Source: a virus
Virus record (IMG/VR): IMGVR_UViG_3300030041_000010
Length of the DNA: 64,000 nt
Direction: 5' to 3' (one strand)
Numbering within the stretch: position 1 is the first letter of the stretch; each line of letters starts with the position of its first letter. This document shows, one piece after another, positions 44,204 to 55,168 of this stretch. The notes beneath the pieces are model-generated. The model ran no database searches, was not told the DNA's origin, and saw only the letters and a list, made by a program, of their open reading frames with translations. Made by a program: the position numbers and the translations under genes.

Positions 44204-47063
44204 ACAAAGTTAGAGTTGTCCCTGCGGTGAAGTTTGATGAGAACAATGCAGCCGTCAGGCTCGTGACTGCACTTGTATTAAGCCATTCACCACCACCCGT
44301 TGTCGTGGTATTGAAAGACCCATATCCTTGCCCAGTGCAAGTTGCGGTCTTATAAAAAGAAGTGGAAGTGTAATTGCCAAGATAGCAAACAACAGTTGAA
44401 CTGTGCGGTGATTGAGGAAATGATTGTTGTACGAGCATTTGAGCGTAAGAACCGTTTGCGTAAGTAGTCACGCTACTGCTCGTGTTGTTGTAGATGCCCG
44501 ACGTTCCGTAACTGGATGTACCTGAATCCCCGTTTATCTGAAGTAATAAAGCATCCGTTGCCGATGCTCCGCCAGAGACCACCAACATCAACTGAGAATA
44601 GGTCCCGGGGATGGATGTAAAAGTGTGCGAACCAGTCGAACTGCCACTGACAGTATATTGAGCAATTTGGGTTAGCGCCCCTGAACCACCTCCACCTGTA
44701 TACACAGGGATGTTAAGCGTTGAGCCTACAAGCGTGGCCGCGCCACTCGAACCTGTTGTAGTAAGAGTAAGTCCCGTTGAACTGCCGTTAGCTGCCGCTG
44801 TGATACATCCCGAAGAGTTCACCGTTAAGTTGGTATTGGTATAGCTTCCCGCCGTGACACCAGAGCAACCACCGCCGCTGAAAGGTTGAGACCAAGTAGA
44901 CCCATCGCAGTAAGACATAGTTTTGTCGCGTGCGGGATAATATCCGACAGCAAACCCGGTACAAGACGAACTAACTGTTGGGGCAGTCGCTAAATTTGGA
45001 TATATCCACTTCAAGCCCATTCCGTAGCTTGTATCACCAATCGTTGAGCCAACATCAAATTGATGTGCTGTCGATTGATCCTCAGTCAGACAAACAGCGG
45101 GAACGGGCTCAAGTGTGGCATTTATACCACCGCAAACTCCACCTGTTAGATAGGGGAAAGTATATGAAGCCCCATTCCACCACGCCAGTGGGTACACTGT
45201 AGTCGTTCCGCCCGAACTATCCGCAACGTTGCTCGAAAGAACTGGAGTCCCGTATTGATTCATTGACCAAGTTAGTTGTTGAGCGGGATAAGTCAAATTT
45301 TGAACCATCAAGTTGTTTTGGATGCTCTGGTTGTAGAAATTTACCGAGTATCCCAAACATGCCTGATTTGAATTCGGATCGCATAGCTCGGGTCCGGGTA
45401 TATCTCCGCCAAACAAAAGCGCGTCCAAAATGCCGTAATAATAGTGGAAATTACCTTGGTCAGTTAGATGCGTCTGTCCACTTGGGTTGATGAAGTATTG
45501 AGCGTTAGTCGCATTAGGGAAAACCTGAGCCACGTCAAACCAGTAGTTCCAACCGGGGATAACATCGCCCGATCCATTTTGGACAACACCGGCGGGCGTC
45601 TGAGCTTTCAGCCATAAATTAACCGTTCGCACGATTGACGCGACTTGCGCGGTAGAGCAATAGATCGATCCGTTATCGGTAATGATACTTGTTTGCATGA
45701 CATGAATATTATTGGCAGCAAACAATCCCCAAAGAGTTGTGTACTCTGATTCAATCGTCGATGCTGCTGTGCACCCGAGGGCTTCAGCAACACCTGCCTG
45801 TAATATAACAGTGGCGGATTTACCAGTAGTTGCTGGGTAGTATGGAGAGAACTCAGTTGTAAAGTTAGATATTAAGTTTGCGATAGATTGGTCGGGGACT
45901 GACAGATTAACGACCGAACTGGATACAGGCAAGTACGGACTATCTGTCAGTAATCCAGCCATGTTATAGGCACAATTCTGATTCCCACTTCCTGTTGAAC
46001 CATCAGGAACTCCCGTCACTGGGCCAACCAGCGTTGTTCCATTGGCCGATGTGAACTGGAATAACTGACCATTCAACGCGGTGTAGGAACCTGTGAATCC
46101 AGACAGCCTTAAGATGCTTCCGACATATCCTGACGGTCCACTGGCGAAGCCGTATCCGTTGATAGTCTGAAATGTTGCGATTCCACTTGTGACCGATCCT
46201 GAAGTAATAGAGCCTCGGTCTACAGTCGAAGTGATGCAGGATGACGAGATTAGGTTTCTCGAATCGCCTGCACTAAGAAAATTTGTGTTGGCTGGAAGAG
46301 ACAACCCGACCGCACTGGCGGGGACATATCCACTAGCATTACCCGAGCCATCGGTTTGAAAAATTACAGGCACATCACCACCCGGTGCGGATGGCGTGGT
46401 GTTGTTGAAGTTGGAAGCTGAACCTCCAACATTAGTACCATTAACCTTGACAGGAGTACCTGCCGTAATGGACACGGGAGTGCAAGCAGTTGCAAGTCCT
46501 TTTGCATTGAGAGTGACCTGACCAACATGAGTCGCGTCACCACACGTTCCAACGTTACTGTTAACTGTTGGTAACGTTGCAGCTTGTGATCCTGAGCCCG
46601 GTCCAGCAGTTACATCACCAGTTAGTTGTGTGATGCCGCTACCGCCGCCACTTGCTCCGGCTTGCACGTAATTTGTCCCGTCGCAAACAACCACGACAGT
46701 CTGCCCGTTGGGAATAGTCACCCCTGACCCCGATGATCCGGTGACTAGAATTGACTGACCTCCGGTTGTGTTGTTCTCAATAGTGAAAGTAAACCCACGG
46801 GTTAGGGGAGCAACTAGATTGCGGGTGGCGGTCAAGGTGACTGAGCTAGTCAATTTGATGAAACTTGCGCTTGTCTCAGGGTAAGTCATGGTGTGGCTGG
46901 CATCAGTGAATGAGATAGTGCCAGAATTGAACAGCGGAAACACGCCGCCAGAGCCTAGATTTCCTGAAACAGGGATTTGGGGAGCAGATACCTGTGCCCC
47001 TACTACAACAACTCCGAGGAGCGAAAGAACAAGGGCAACAAAGATAGAGGCAAGTTTTTTCAT
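44190..47063 (-). CDS. fibre/spike-like protein with SGNH (GDSL) esterase domain and an N-terminal signal peptide
   Basis: AGDS block I and QTHLTDQG block V; fibre-type repeats QVTLNAKGLAT and LTVNSSGCIT; MKK plus hydrophobic core plus VGA-Q. Confidence 0.65.
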   Translation of the reverse strand: MKKLASIFVALVLSLLGVVVVGAQVSAPQIPVSGNLGSGGVFPLFNSGTISFTDASHTMTYPETSASFIKLTSSVTLTATRNLVAPLTRGFTFTIENNTTGGQSILVTGSSGSGVTIPNGQTVVVVCDGTNYVQAGASGGGSGITQLTGDVTAGPGSGSQAATLPTVNSNVGTCGDATHVGQVTLNAKGLATACTPVSITAGTPVKVNGTNVGGSASNFNNTTPSAPGGDVPVIFQTDGSGNASGYVPASAVGLSLPANTNFLSAGDSRNLISSSCITSTVDRGSITSGSVTSGIATFQTINGYGFASGPSGYVGSILRLSGFTGSYTALNGQLFQFTSANGTTLVGPVTGVPDGSTGSGNQNCAYNMAGLLTDSPYLPVSSSVVNLSVPDQSIANLISNFTTEFSPYYPATTGKSATVILQAGVAEALGCTAASTIESEYTTLWGLFAANNIHVMQTSIITDNGSIYCSTAQVASIVRTVNLWLKAQTPAGVVQNGSGDVIPGWNYWFDVAQVFPNATNAQYFINPSGQTHLTDQGNFHYYYGILDALLFGGDIPGPELCDPNSNQACLGYSVNFYNQSIQNNLMVQNLTYPAQQLTWSMNQYGTPVLSSNVADSSGGTTTVYPLAWWNGASYTFPYLTGGVCGGINATLEPVPAVCLTEDQSTAHQFDVGSTIGDTSYGMGLKWIYPNLATAPTVSSSCTGFAVGYYPARDKTMSYCDGSTWSQPFSGGGCSGVTAGSYTNTNLTVNSSGCITAAANGSSTGLTLTTTGSSGAATLVGSTLNIPVYTGGGGSGALTQIAQYTVSGSSTGSHTFTSIPGTYSQLMLVVSGGASATDALLLQINGDSGTSSYGTSGIYNNTSSSVTTYANGSYAQMLVQQSFPQSPHSSTVVCYLGNYTSTSFYKTATCTGQGYGSFNTTTTGGGEWLNTSAVTSLTAALFSSNFTAGTTLTLYGVQ

Positions 47064-48145
47064 TAGCTGGTCACCTTAGGGGTATAAGTTCCATAGAGCA
47101 GATTAGTGCTCTGGTAAAGGTACATGGTTACAGTGGAACCGTTTTGATTAACGAAAGTTACAGTGGTCGGAGCGTTAAACACTAAAGGAAACCCTGTTCC
47201 AACGTCAACAAAAGTATGGGTGTTTCCTGTAAGAAGTAAATATATAGACTGTCCACTTGGCTGAAGGGCTGAAAACGTCTCACCTACAACTTCTGTGCCT
47301 AAACCTGCGCTTGATAAAACATCAGATGTACTAAGAACCGCAGTTGTTCCTGATGCTGTAACTGAAGAACTCGCCCCCGCAGAACCGATGCCAGCAAAAA
47401 TGCGAGGGTTCCAAGTGTAAGTTAGGGTAGCGGTTTTTGTTGTTACTCCACTGATTGCGGTGAGGGTGATTGTAGTCGTCGCCGCTGCTGTGTGGTGGAA
47501 ACTTCCAACAATGGTGCCACTGGTAAATGGGGTGGTCAACACTAGAGGAGAATCGACACTGTCGGTGTTCGTAATGCTTGCACTTGTTGGTGTGGAAGAG
47601 TAGGTAGCAGAGCACGTTGGGTTAGTTGCTGTTGCACCAATTTCGAGGGTGCCACTACACCCTGTAAAGGAGTTGATTACGAATGAGGTCGAGGGTTGAA
47701 TGTAAGTAAATATGGTTCGGTCATCAGTAATACAAGGTTGGCTTCCAGAGCCACAGGTGGCAGTAACCTGACTACCATTTGTTACCACAACAGCAAGGGG
47801 AATATCACTGGTAGTGAACACTGTCGTTTTGTTGGCCGGGACACAGCTACTTGCTGTGTTTAAATAAATGTAGTTGGTTGTACTTGCGTTTAATGCAAGA
47901 GTTCCCCCAGCATAACTGACCATCACACCGTTGCAGTTCACTGTTCCCGGACCGAGGTATAAGTTTAGGCCGGTTGTGCTAGAGCATGATATGGAGGCAT
48001 CAGCACAGGGAGCATAACCGGGAGCCACCCCATTGGCGGTCTCTGCGTTAACTTTGTAAATAGGGGTTGTCGGAGATTGCGGCTGTTGAGCCGCAGCACA
48101 AAATGAGCTAAGCAGCAGTCCAATCCAAACGGTGAGTGTTTTCAT
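47063..48145 (-). CDS. signal-peptide-bearing S/T-rich structural-like protein
   Basis: MKTLTVWIGLLLSSFCAAA-QQ; beta-rich body. Confidence 0.65.
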   Translation of the reverse strand: MKTLTVWIGLLLSSFCAAAQQPQSPTTPIYKVNAETANGVAPGYAPCADASISCSSTTGLNLYLGPGTVNCNGVMVSYAGGTLALNASTTNYIYLNTASSCVPANKTTVFTTSDIPLAVVVTNGSQVTATCGSGSQPCITDDRTIFTYIQPSTSFVINSFTGCSGTLEIGATATNPTCSATYSSTPTSASITNTDSVDSPLVLTTPFTSGTIVGSFHHTAAATTTITLTAISGVTTKTATLTYTWNPRIFAGIGSAGASSSVTASGTTAVLSTSDVLSSAGLGTEVVGETFSALQPSGQSIYLLLTGNTHTFVDVGTGFPLVFNAPTTVTFVNQNGSTVTMYLYQSTNLLYGTYTPKVTS

Positions 48146-48155
48146 TCAATTCTCC

Positions 48156-49514
48156 CTAAGCGTAAACAGAAATTTGTGCAGTCACAGCTTCATCCGAAGC
48201 CACAAGGTATATATAGGTTCCATCGAAAGCTGGTGTCTGAGCCCACATCGCCCCGTTTGAAGTGGAGAGGATTTCGATTCTTGAGGGAACATTGCCAAGC
48301 CCATGTGTCACAGTGAAATTACCCCCTGCCGGTGAGTCCACAAATAATGTCGTAGCTGGAATCGCAATATTCAAAGGTGAAGCTGGCGGGAAGACAGAAA
48401 CCTCTGCGGTCACCCCTATATCAGAGGCTGAAAGATAAATAAGTGTGTCGTCATAAACCTGTGTTTGTGCCCAAATAGCCCCACTTGACGTGGGAAGAAT
48501 TTCAATTAAGGATGGAGTAACTCCAAGATTGTGTGCCACTGTGAAGTTACCCGGATCAGGGGAGGTGACAGAGAGAGAAGTGATGGGGACAGTTACATCA
48601 GAGCTAAATGAAGACACATACACGGCAACAAGGGCGGTCAATCCCTCGTCCGATGCTACGAGGTTGATATTAGTTCCATCATACGCTGGGTTTTGAGCCC
48701 AAAACGCTCCGGATGATGTGGGGATGACTTCGATTAGGGCAGGGGTGGTGTTAAGTCCATGCGCGGTGCTGAAGTTACCGGGGTTGGGGGAAGTCACCGT
48801 CAATATCTCAGCCAGAGTTAGAACCTCCACACCCTCATTTTGTTGAATGAATGCAACTACAATTGATTGGATAGAGGCTGGGTTTGTCCCTGATACACCT
48901 GAAAAGTAGAGAAGGTTATCGCCGCTGGTGCCCGACTGATAGTACCCATCCCCAACATAATTATGGTAATTAGTTCCTTTTAGTGTGTAGGAACCCGCCA
49001 CACCTACGTGCATACCTGTAGCTGGTGATTGTGCTCCTGAGATGATTCCACTATAAGTAGCAAGCGCACCACCCAAAATTAACCGACCAACGTCAGTGGT
49101 GTGAATTTTAGCGCCTAAGGAGTTGGCACCAATGGTGGAAATGTCAATAGGAAGAGGGGTGGGTTGAATGCCGCTAAACTCATAGATAAAAACAGATTGG
49201 AGTAATGAGGTTGGTATAGTGTTTACGACGATGCTTGAGACTGGGTTTGCGTTTCCAACAGCCCACAAACAGATACTTCCGGTGCCACTTGGAGAGTGGG
49301 TGTCTTTAGCAAATTGCTGTTGGACGGCATTCCAGTTGTTATATCCTGAGTCAGACACCCCAGTAACATATTGTGACATGCCACCGGGCATCGAATACGT
49401 AGTCGCAATCATAACTAACAAATTCCCGGCCTTGGTTACGGACGGGAAATTGAGCACCACACTCGTGGATGTGTTTTTAGTGATTGATGCGGTTTGTACT
49501 AAGTTAACTGACAT
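48156..49514 (-). CDS. structural protein with three tandem C-terminal repeats (gp53/H-type-lectin-like)
   Basis: Three copies of SPxxGNFxxxHxLxxxPxxIExxxTSxGAxWAQ...DxTxIxLxASD. Confidence 0.65.
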   Translation of the reverse strand: MSVNLVQTASITKNTSTSVVLNFPSVTKAGNLLVMIATTYSMPGGMSQYVTGVSDSGYNNWNAVQQQFAKDTHSPSGTGSICLWAVGNANPVSSIVVNTIPTSLLQSVFIYEFSGIQPTPLPIDISTIGANSLGAKIHTTDVGRLILGGALATYSGIISGAQSPATGMHVGVAGSYTLKGTNYHNYVGDGYYQSGTSGDNLLYFSGVSGTNPASIQSIVVAFIQQNEGVEVLTLAEILTVTSPNPGNFSTAHGLNTTPALIEVIPTSSGAFWAQNPAYDGTNINLVASDEGLTALVAVYVSSFSSDVTVPITSLSVTSPDPGNFTVAHNLGVTPSLIEILPTSSGAIWAQTQVYDDTLIYLSASDIGVTAEVSVFPPASPLNIAIPATTLFVDSPAGGNFTVTHGLGNVPSRIEILSTSNGAMWAQTPAFDGTYIYLVASDEAVTAQISVYA

Positions 49515-49523
49515 TGGACGCCT

Positions 49524-50123
49524 TTACAAAGTTGGCAACCCGCCACTTGTGTCCACCGCGACATCGAGATACACTCTGTCTTGAGAGAAGTCGATGTTGA
49601 TGACCATAATGGAGTTGACGTTAAAGCTGGTGCTATCAGAGGAAACCAAACTTTTATTACCGTAATCCGGGGTGAAGATGGCTGATAGAACACCATCGGC
49701 GTAGGCTAACCCGGAAGGGGACCACCCATTGAGTTCGCTATTGAAGTTATCCACGAGGGCAAACCCTGTGGGGCTTGCGGAAGTTGGGTCTACCAACGTA
49801 TTTTGAAGCAGGAAAAGCATCCACAGATTTATAGGCAAACTACTTCCATCGAGAATAGTTAGAGCTACCTTAGAGAGAAGCACCAACCCGGATTGTGGAA
49901 AAGTTTTGAGAACACCACGATATGTCCCTTGTCCCTCTGAGTACCACGAAGCATACACTGGCCCAGCCTGTTGTACTCCAGCGGAGTATAAGGTGCCATC
50001 CCATGCATACCCTGTGTGGGATTGACTAGTTGGGAAATAAAAAGAGTCGATGTCTTTGGGTTGGATTAAACACGAAGCCACCATGGACTGATTGATGTAA
50101 TTGTAAGGTATGGTCGCCATCAA
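49524..50123 (-). CDS. hypothetical structural protein
   Basis: ORF track; GAGAGG ribosome-binding site. Confidence 0.65.
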   Translation of the reverse strand: MMATIPYNYINQSMVASCLIQPKDIDSFYFPTSQSHTGYAWDGTLYSAGVQQAGPVYASWYSEGQGTYRGVLKTFPQSGLVLLSKVALTILDGSSLPINLWMLFLLQNTLVDPTSASPTGFALVDNFNSELNGWSPSGLAYADGVLSAIFTPDYGNKSLVSSDSTSFNVNSIMVINIDFSQDRVYLDVAVDTSGGLPTL

Positions 50124-50215
50124 ATCCTCTCACTTAATGAGATTGAAAGTCATAGTATTTGTTCACGACCACCGATTTACCAACTGCTCAATATATAAGT
50201 AAGGAGAGTAAGACG

Positions 50216-50953
50216 ATGGGTAAGTTTATAGATATAAGTGGACAGCGTTTCGGTAAGTTAGTAGTTTTGAAAAGGGTGGGTACCCTCAGCGGCATTCCTA
50301 CATGGTTGGTTCATTGTGATTGCGGGGTTGAGAAAGTGATAAGAAGGACGGAATTGTACGCTACCAAAAGTTGCGGGTGTTTACATCGTCGCGTAGACTT
50401 AGTAGGTCAGCGCTTTGGTAAGCTGATAGTTATAAGATGGCACTCTACTAATACGACGGGAAACTCTAAATGGGAATGTCTTTGCGATTGTGGAAACACC
50501 CCTATTGTTATTGGGCACCAACTTAGTAGTGGGGGTACTCAAAGCTGTGGGTGTTTACGGGCTGTCAGTCAAAGAAAAGCTGCGGCTGCGGTTCGACTTT
50601 CCTATGGTGTGTCATCGAGGAATTCGGTTGTAGGTTGCTACAAACAAAAAGCTAAAAAACGAGGGTTAGAATGGGGGCTGACAGAGGCCGAAGTAGACAG
50701 GCTGTTCCTTGGCTCCTGTTTTTATTGTGGTGAAGCTCCTTCTAATTGTCACTCTAAGCCTCTTAACTATGGTGATTTTACATATAGTGGTATCGACCGA
50801 CTAGATAATGAGCGGGGGTATATCTCAAGTAACGTGGTTTCTTGTTGTTGGGAATGTAATTGGATGAAACGAAACGTTAGTAAAGAAAAGTTCTTAGCCC
50901 ACGTTGGAAAAATTCACCAACACCAAAACAGTTTGCCGACTATTGTCTTCTAG
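50216..50953 (+). CDS. HNH-type homing endonuclease
   Basis: Two G.RFGKL...C.CG...SCGC repeats plus CFYCG...GIDRLDN..GY...NVVSCC..CN.MK nuclease domain. Confidence 0.82.
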   Translation: MGKFIDISGQRFGKLVVLKRVGTLSGIPTWLVHCDCGVEKVIRRTELYATKSCGCLHRRVDLVGQRFGKLIVIRWHSTNTTGNSKWECLCDCGNTPIVIGHQLSSGGTQSCGCLRAVSQRKAAAAVRLSYGVSSRNSVVGCYKQKAKKRGLEWGLTEAEVDRLFLGSCFYCGEAPSNCHSKPLNYGDFTYSGIDRLDNERGYISSNVVSCCWECNWMKRNVSKEKFLAHVGKIHQHQNSLPTIVF

Positions 50954-50959
50954 GTAGAG

Positions 50960-51352
50960 ATGCGAGAAGCTAAGGATTTAACAAGCAAACAGTTTGGGGT
51001 CTTGGTCGCACTTTATCGTGAAATGGATAGAGGGCGCTCTAAATGGGTATGCCAATGCCGCTGTGGAAAGCGTAAGCTGATTCGACAAGAAGATTTACTA
51101 ACAGGGAAAACTAAAAGCTGTGGTTGCGCTCGACTACAACTAAAAAAAGCTAAGGCTGAAAGAAAATACAGTTTAGTGAATCGGAGGTTTGGTTGTCTTC
51201 TGGTACTTTGGAAAAGTAGAACAAAGAAGGGACGGGCGATGATGTGGGACTGCCGCTGCGTCTGTGGGAACATGGTTAGTGTCGCTGGAACTAACCTTCG
51301 ACTTGAAAAGATAAAAGATTGTGGGAATCATATTTTTGAAGAGGATAAATAA
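50960..51352 (+). CDS. homing-endonuclease-associated zinc-repeat protein lacking a nuclease domain
   Basis: Two FG.L...W.C.C.CG...CG repeats only. Confidence 0.7.
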   Translation: MREAKDLTSKQFGVLVALYREMDRGRSKWVCQCRCGKRKLIRQEDLLTGKTKSCGCARLQLKKAKAERKYSLVNRRFGCLLVLWKSRTKKGRAMMWDCRCVCGNMVSVAGTNLRLEKIKDCGNHIFEEDK

Positions 51353-54300
51353 GTGACAAACATAGACAACCCTTCGTTTCAATTCCCCTCTGTTGTGTCA
51401 AGAACCCTTGATGCTGCGGGAAAGAGCCTTCTCTGTGTGGTGGGGTTACATGACCACCAAATCAGCGATGCTGATGTCAATCTTATACAAACACTTCAGG
51501 ACTACAAACGGCACCTCCTTCTCGCGGATAAATCAGCAACATCTGGGTGCTTGACTTACACCTCGATGAACTTTACTCCTTTCATCCCCAATACGTTTGT
51601 AATCCCAGCTTTTGATGTTTTGTTCAATGGGGAAGTGATTTCAATTTGTGGGTTCAACTCCGCCGACCTCACACAAAATCGCATTACGCTTGCGCCTTCT
51701 CAGCAGCCAGTGTATTGGGCAAATGGTTATGCTAATGAGGACGCCCGTATCTATGTTATTTTCCTTGAGATTTGGTATCAAGCCCTCGACCCAATACAGC
51801 CTACTGGATACTACCTTGACCCGGTAGGTAAGCTTCGATACTTCTACCCGTATGGTTGCACATCTCCAGACCCGTCAAATGCAGAGATTATGCCAGATGA
51901 CTCTGTTGATATTTTTGCGACGACAACCGCAGGAACTGGCCTCTTGACCACTGAACGTGCTCAAATCCAATGGCGTTTCAATATCCAACGTGTGGCTCTT
52001 ACTTATGATTTTACGAAGTATCAGTTTGGTCTCGATCCCGGTGCTATCCCCTCTGAGATTGTGTATGGGCAAGGAACCGCTTCTAACACAGCCCCATTTG
52101 TTGACACAATATACCAATTCACCAACATGGGAAGCATCAACGGTGATACGGGGGTTTGGCAAGCGGGGGATGGTAATGTTACCAACGCATTAGGTACCAT
52201 GGATGGGTACACCTACGCTATGCCTATAGCTGTGATGTTCCAGCGCAACTCAGGGCCATTTAGCCTTTCGGGTAACATCTTCGGTTGTGGCGATGCTTCA
52301 GTATCAGGAGTGACAGGGCTTCTTTCTTCTGGTATTTCAGGTCGTTTTGATTCCAAACTCGCCGATCAAATCTTCCCTGATGATGTGGTGGACACTCGTC
52401 AAACTGTGACTCTTGATGCATGGGATTTGGACAAGATTATGCGGGAGGGGTTCGTAGACCTAATCACAGGTAACTCTAGGATTGCGATTGGACGTGGGGA
52501 TGGTTACGGTCTTAAGGCTGAGGCTTTAGGGTCAGCGTTGGACTACTACATCTCGGTCAGCCCCACAGCAATACCGAACACTAATACCCTATCAAAAAAC
52601 TGGGATGGGTTTGCGAATGGGTTCAGTTCAGACTTACGCACCTTTTATGTGTCCAAACAAATTACAACCAGCATGAAATCTTACTGGTCTCCATCGAGTT
52701 CTCAGAGTGGCCCATGGATGCAGGGGGACATCTTCACCGTCTCACTTCCTTCATCCTCATCCCCAGCCATAATTCAGTCGCTTATAGTGCAAGGGTTTAA
52801 CGTGTCTAACAATGTGAAGACCACCATTAACCTCTTGTCAGGGCAACTACAAATTACAGGACTTGGCACCTCGGCTGTTTCTGTGACCTTTACCAAGAAT
52901 TTGCAAGGTACACCATTTGACCCCGGCGCTCAGAATATCTATTGCACGCTCGGAGTTCAGTACCCAGCTAACTCTGGTTCTGATTTGCGGGAAATCCCAA
53001 TTGCAGTGGATGGGGGGACACTCTCAGATTTGAGTAAGAATCTTCCCATATATGGGGTCTCCGAATATGAGATATTTTCTACCCCATTGACGACTAAGGC
53101 GTATGGTGTTCTGACGTATAACCCTGAGTATTCCAATCTTGTGTTTGGCACAAGAATTGGAATCGTTGTTCCAGCATCTTCTGGAACAGTAGTGAACAGC
53201 ACGACGACTTTTCTTCTTAGTCGTTTAGGCTTGAACTCTGGTGTAAATGGGCTATATCCCATCAGTATCGTTGATAAGACAACAGGAACCCCCTATACAG
53301 TCTCTTCTCTTTCAATGAAGGGGACAAACTGTGTAGCTATTCTCAATCAGGCAGTACCAAGCGATTCCAATCTCATCATGACTTTCCTTGCACAAGACAC
53401 AGCCCAGCTTGTGTACAACGCCCCGGTTAAGGGGGTTACTGAGATTGAAGAAACAGTGCTGTTTGGCAATTATGTGGGAGATTCAAACTTCCCCATGGAT
53501 AGTCGTGTGATCGTAGAGTCAAATCAATTTAACGGTACGTTGACAACGATTGTGCTGGCCGCGAACAACTGCATCATCAAAGGAATCTCCGGTGATGATT
53601 CCAATCGACTCATGTGGGTTCTCGATCAGTACGGTAATTTGAATTCAACGATATGTTCCACTGTGAATTTCAATGGGGCATACGCCACAGTCATCCTCAT
53701 TGGAGATTATTCTGCTTCTACCTTCCTTTTCTGCGGGTCGATTCTCCCCGCCTTCAACCCATCATCTAGCATGACGATAGTCGAGCGTTACATCCCTTAT
53801 CAAGGTGAAGGTGTGTTGAATCGTAATTATGAAGTGATCCATAACGACGACAATGCGTTGGTTACCACTAACGGAACGGGAGCCGCACCACTTATTGGTC
53901 TCGAAGATGTGTATCCATACAATCGAGAAATCCCTATCTCTACCACGCTTCCAGCTTTGGTGAACTGGCCGGATGCTACGCTAGTAAACACTCCGTTGGC
54001 CTCATTATTTGACTCTAACTATGTGGCAATGCGTCAGGATAATGTGGAGCACACCTTCGAAGTCCCTCTTCACACCAACGATTTCATCCTGCCTATGAAT
54101 AAGGATTTTCGTAAGGACATTCAATTCATTTCTGGTGGGGGCGGTCGTGGGTTTTTCCAAGCACTACCTCATGTGGGGTTTGCTATCACCCCTCCAGTAG
54201 CCCGTACTGTGTTAGGGCAGAATCTTCAAGCAACCACAGCCCCGATTGTTTTATACGTCAACAATGCTACAGGTAACGACAACAACGATGGTTTAAGTTT

Positions 54301-55138
54301 GGCGACCCCGAAGTTGACTATCACAGCAGCGTTGGATGTGCTGCCTCCGGTCCTCCGTGACCCGTGCTCTATCCAGCTTGTGGATACAAATTCACCTTTC
54401 TCGATTTCAGATATTCAGGGAAGCCTCCAAGAAATTGCTTTGGGGGATGGCGACATCCGTTCCGCAGTTTATTATGCGTTGGGTAACCTTGCTTTTACAA
54501 TTCAAGAAGTAGGGCGCTTGGTAATTACAGCAGTAGCTGGGGCGACCAATCCAGTTGTGATAGATGCCACAGGATTCACTGGCTTCGGTAATGGTCCTAC
54601 TTCGGCTTTCTTTGTGGATAACACCCGTGTTATTTTCAATGGGCTTACATTCAAAGGGTTCACCAACCCGGCCATTTATGCCATCGACTCAGATGTTGAT
54701 CTTGTAGATTGTGTGTTCGAAGACAACATTCAAGCCGGGGCATTCTCTCAAGGCTGCAACGTCATTCTTGATGGAGGCAGTATTACACTTCCAGATGGTG
54801 GAACGGGTATGGTAGCAAGCTCATCGGAGATTACAGTTTCTAATGTGAGTTTAGCAGTAGATGTTTCGACATCTCCCGGTTCTTTCTTTGTTGGGGAACG
54901 TAATTCAACCCTCAATCTTCAAACACACGCGGTTGGGGCAGAGACAAATGTTGTTAGCGCGACGGTGGTTGCTCAGGTTGAATTCAACTCCAGCATAGTT
55001 GTTACTTCAGATTTTCAAACTAGTGGGAGCGCTTTGCTTTCAGCAAATTCGGTTTTATCAAGAACAGTAACCATCAACCCCTTTAATGGAGGGGTAGTAG
55101 TCGATACCTCTTCTAATGTTGTAACTCAATTAGGGTAA
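51353..55138 (+). CDS. large virion/baseplate structural protein with a C-terminal beta-helix (pectin-lyase-like) region
   Basis: YVNNATGNDNNDGLS...P.LTI..AL motif preceding beta-helix-like repeats. Confidence 0.6.
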   Translation: MTNIDNPSFQFPSVVSRTLDAAGKSLLCVVGLHDHQISDADVNLIQTLQDYKRHLLLADKSATSGCLTYTSMNFTPFIPNTFVIPAFDVLFNGEVISICGFNSADLTQNRITLAPSQQPVYWANGYANEDARIYVIFLEIWYQALDPIQPTGYYLDPVGKLRYFYPYGCTSPDPSNAEIMPDDSVDIFATTTAGTGLLTTERAQIQWRFNIQRVALTYDFTKYQFGLDPGAIPSEIVYGQGTASNTAPFVDTIYQFTNMGSINGDTGVWQAGDGNVTNALGTMDGYTYAMPIAVMFQRNSGPFSLSGNIFGCGDASVSGVTGLLSSGISGRFDSKLADQIFPDDVVDTRQTVTLDAWDLDKIMREGFVDLITGNSRIAIGRGDGYGLKAEALGSALDYYISVSPTAIPNTNTLSKNWDGFANGFSSDLRTFYVSKQITTSMKSYWSPSSSQSGPWMQGDIFTVSLPSSSSPAIIQSLIVQGFNVSNNVKTTINLLSGQLQITGLGTSAVSVTFTKNLQGTPFDPGAQNIYCTLGVQYPANSGSDLREIPIAVDGGTLSDLSKNLPIYGVSEYEIFSTPLTTKAYGVLTYNPEYSNLVFGTRIGIVVPASSGTVVNSTTTFLLSRLGLNSGVNGLYPISIVDKTTGTPYTVSSLSMKGTNCVAILNQAVPSDSNLIMTFLAQDTAQLVYNAPVKGVTEIEETVLFGNYVGDSNFPMDSRVIVESNQFNGTLTTIVLAANNCIIKGISGDDSNRLMWVLDQYGNLNSTICSTVNFNGAYATVILIGDYSASTFLFCGSILPAFNPSSSMTIVERYIPYQGEGVLNRNYEVIHNDDNALVTTNGTGAAPLIGLEDVYPYNREIPISTTLPALVNWPDATLVNTPLASLFDSNYVAMRQDNVEHTFEVPLHTNDFILPMNKDFRKDIQFISGGGGRGFFQALPHVGFAITPPVARTVLGQNLQATTAPIVLYVNNATGNDNNDGLSLATPKLTITAALDVLPPVLRDPCSIQLVDTNSPFSISDIQGSLQEIALGDGDIRSAVYYALGNLAFTIQEVGRLVITAVAGATNPVVIDATGFTGFGNGPTSAFFVDNTRVIFNGLTFKGFTNPAIYAIDSDVDLVDCVFEDNIQAGAFSQGCNVILDGGSITLPDGGTGMVASSSEITVSNVSLAVDVSTSPGSFFVGERNSTLNLQTHAVGAETNVVSATVVAQVEFNSSIVVTSDFQTSGSALLSANSVLSRTVTINPFNGGVVVDTSSNVVTQLG

Positions 55139-55168
55139 TAGACGACATAAAGCAAAGATAGGTAAAAA

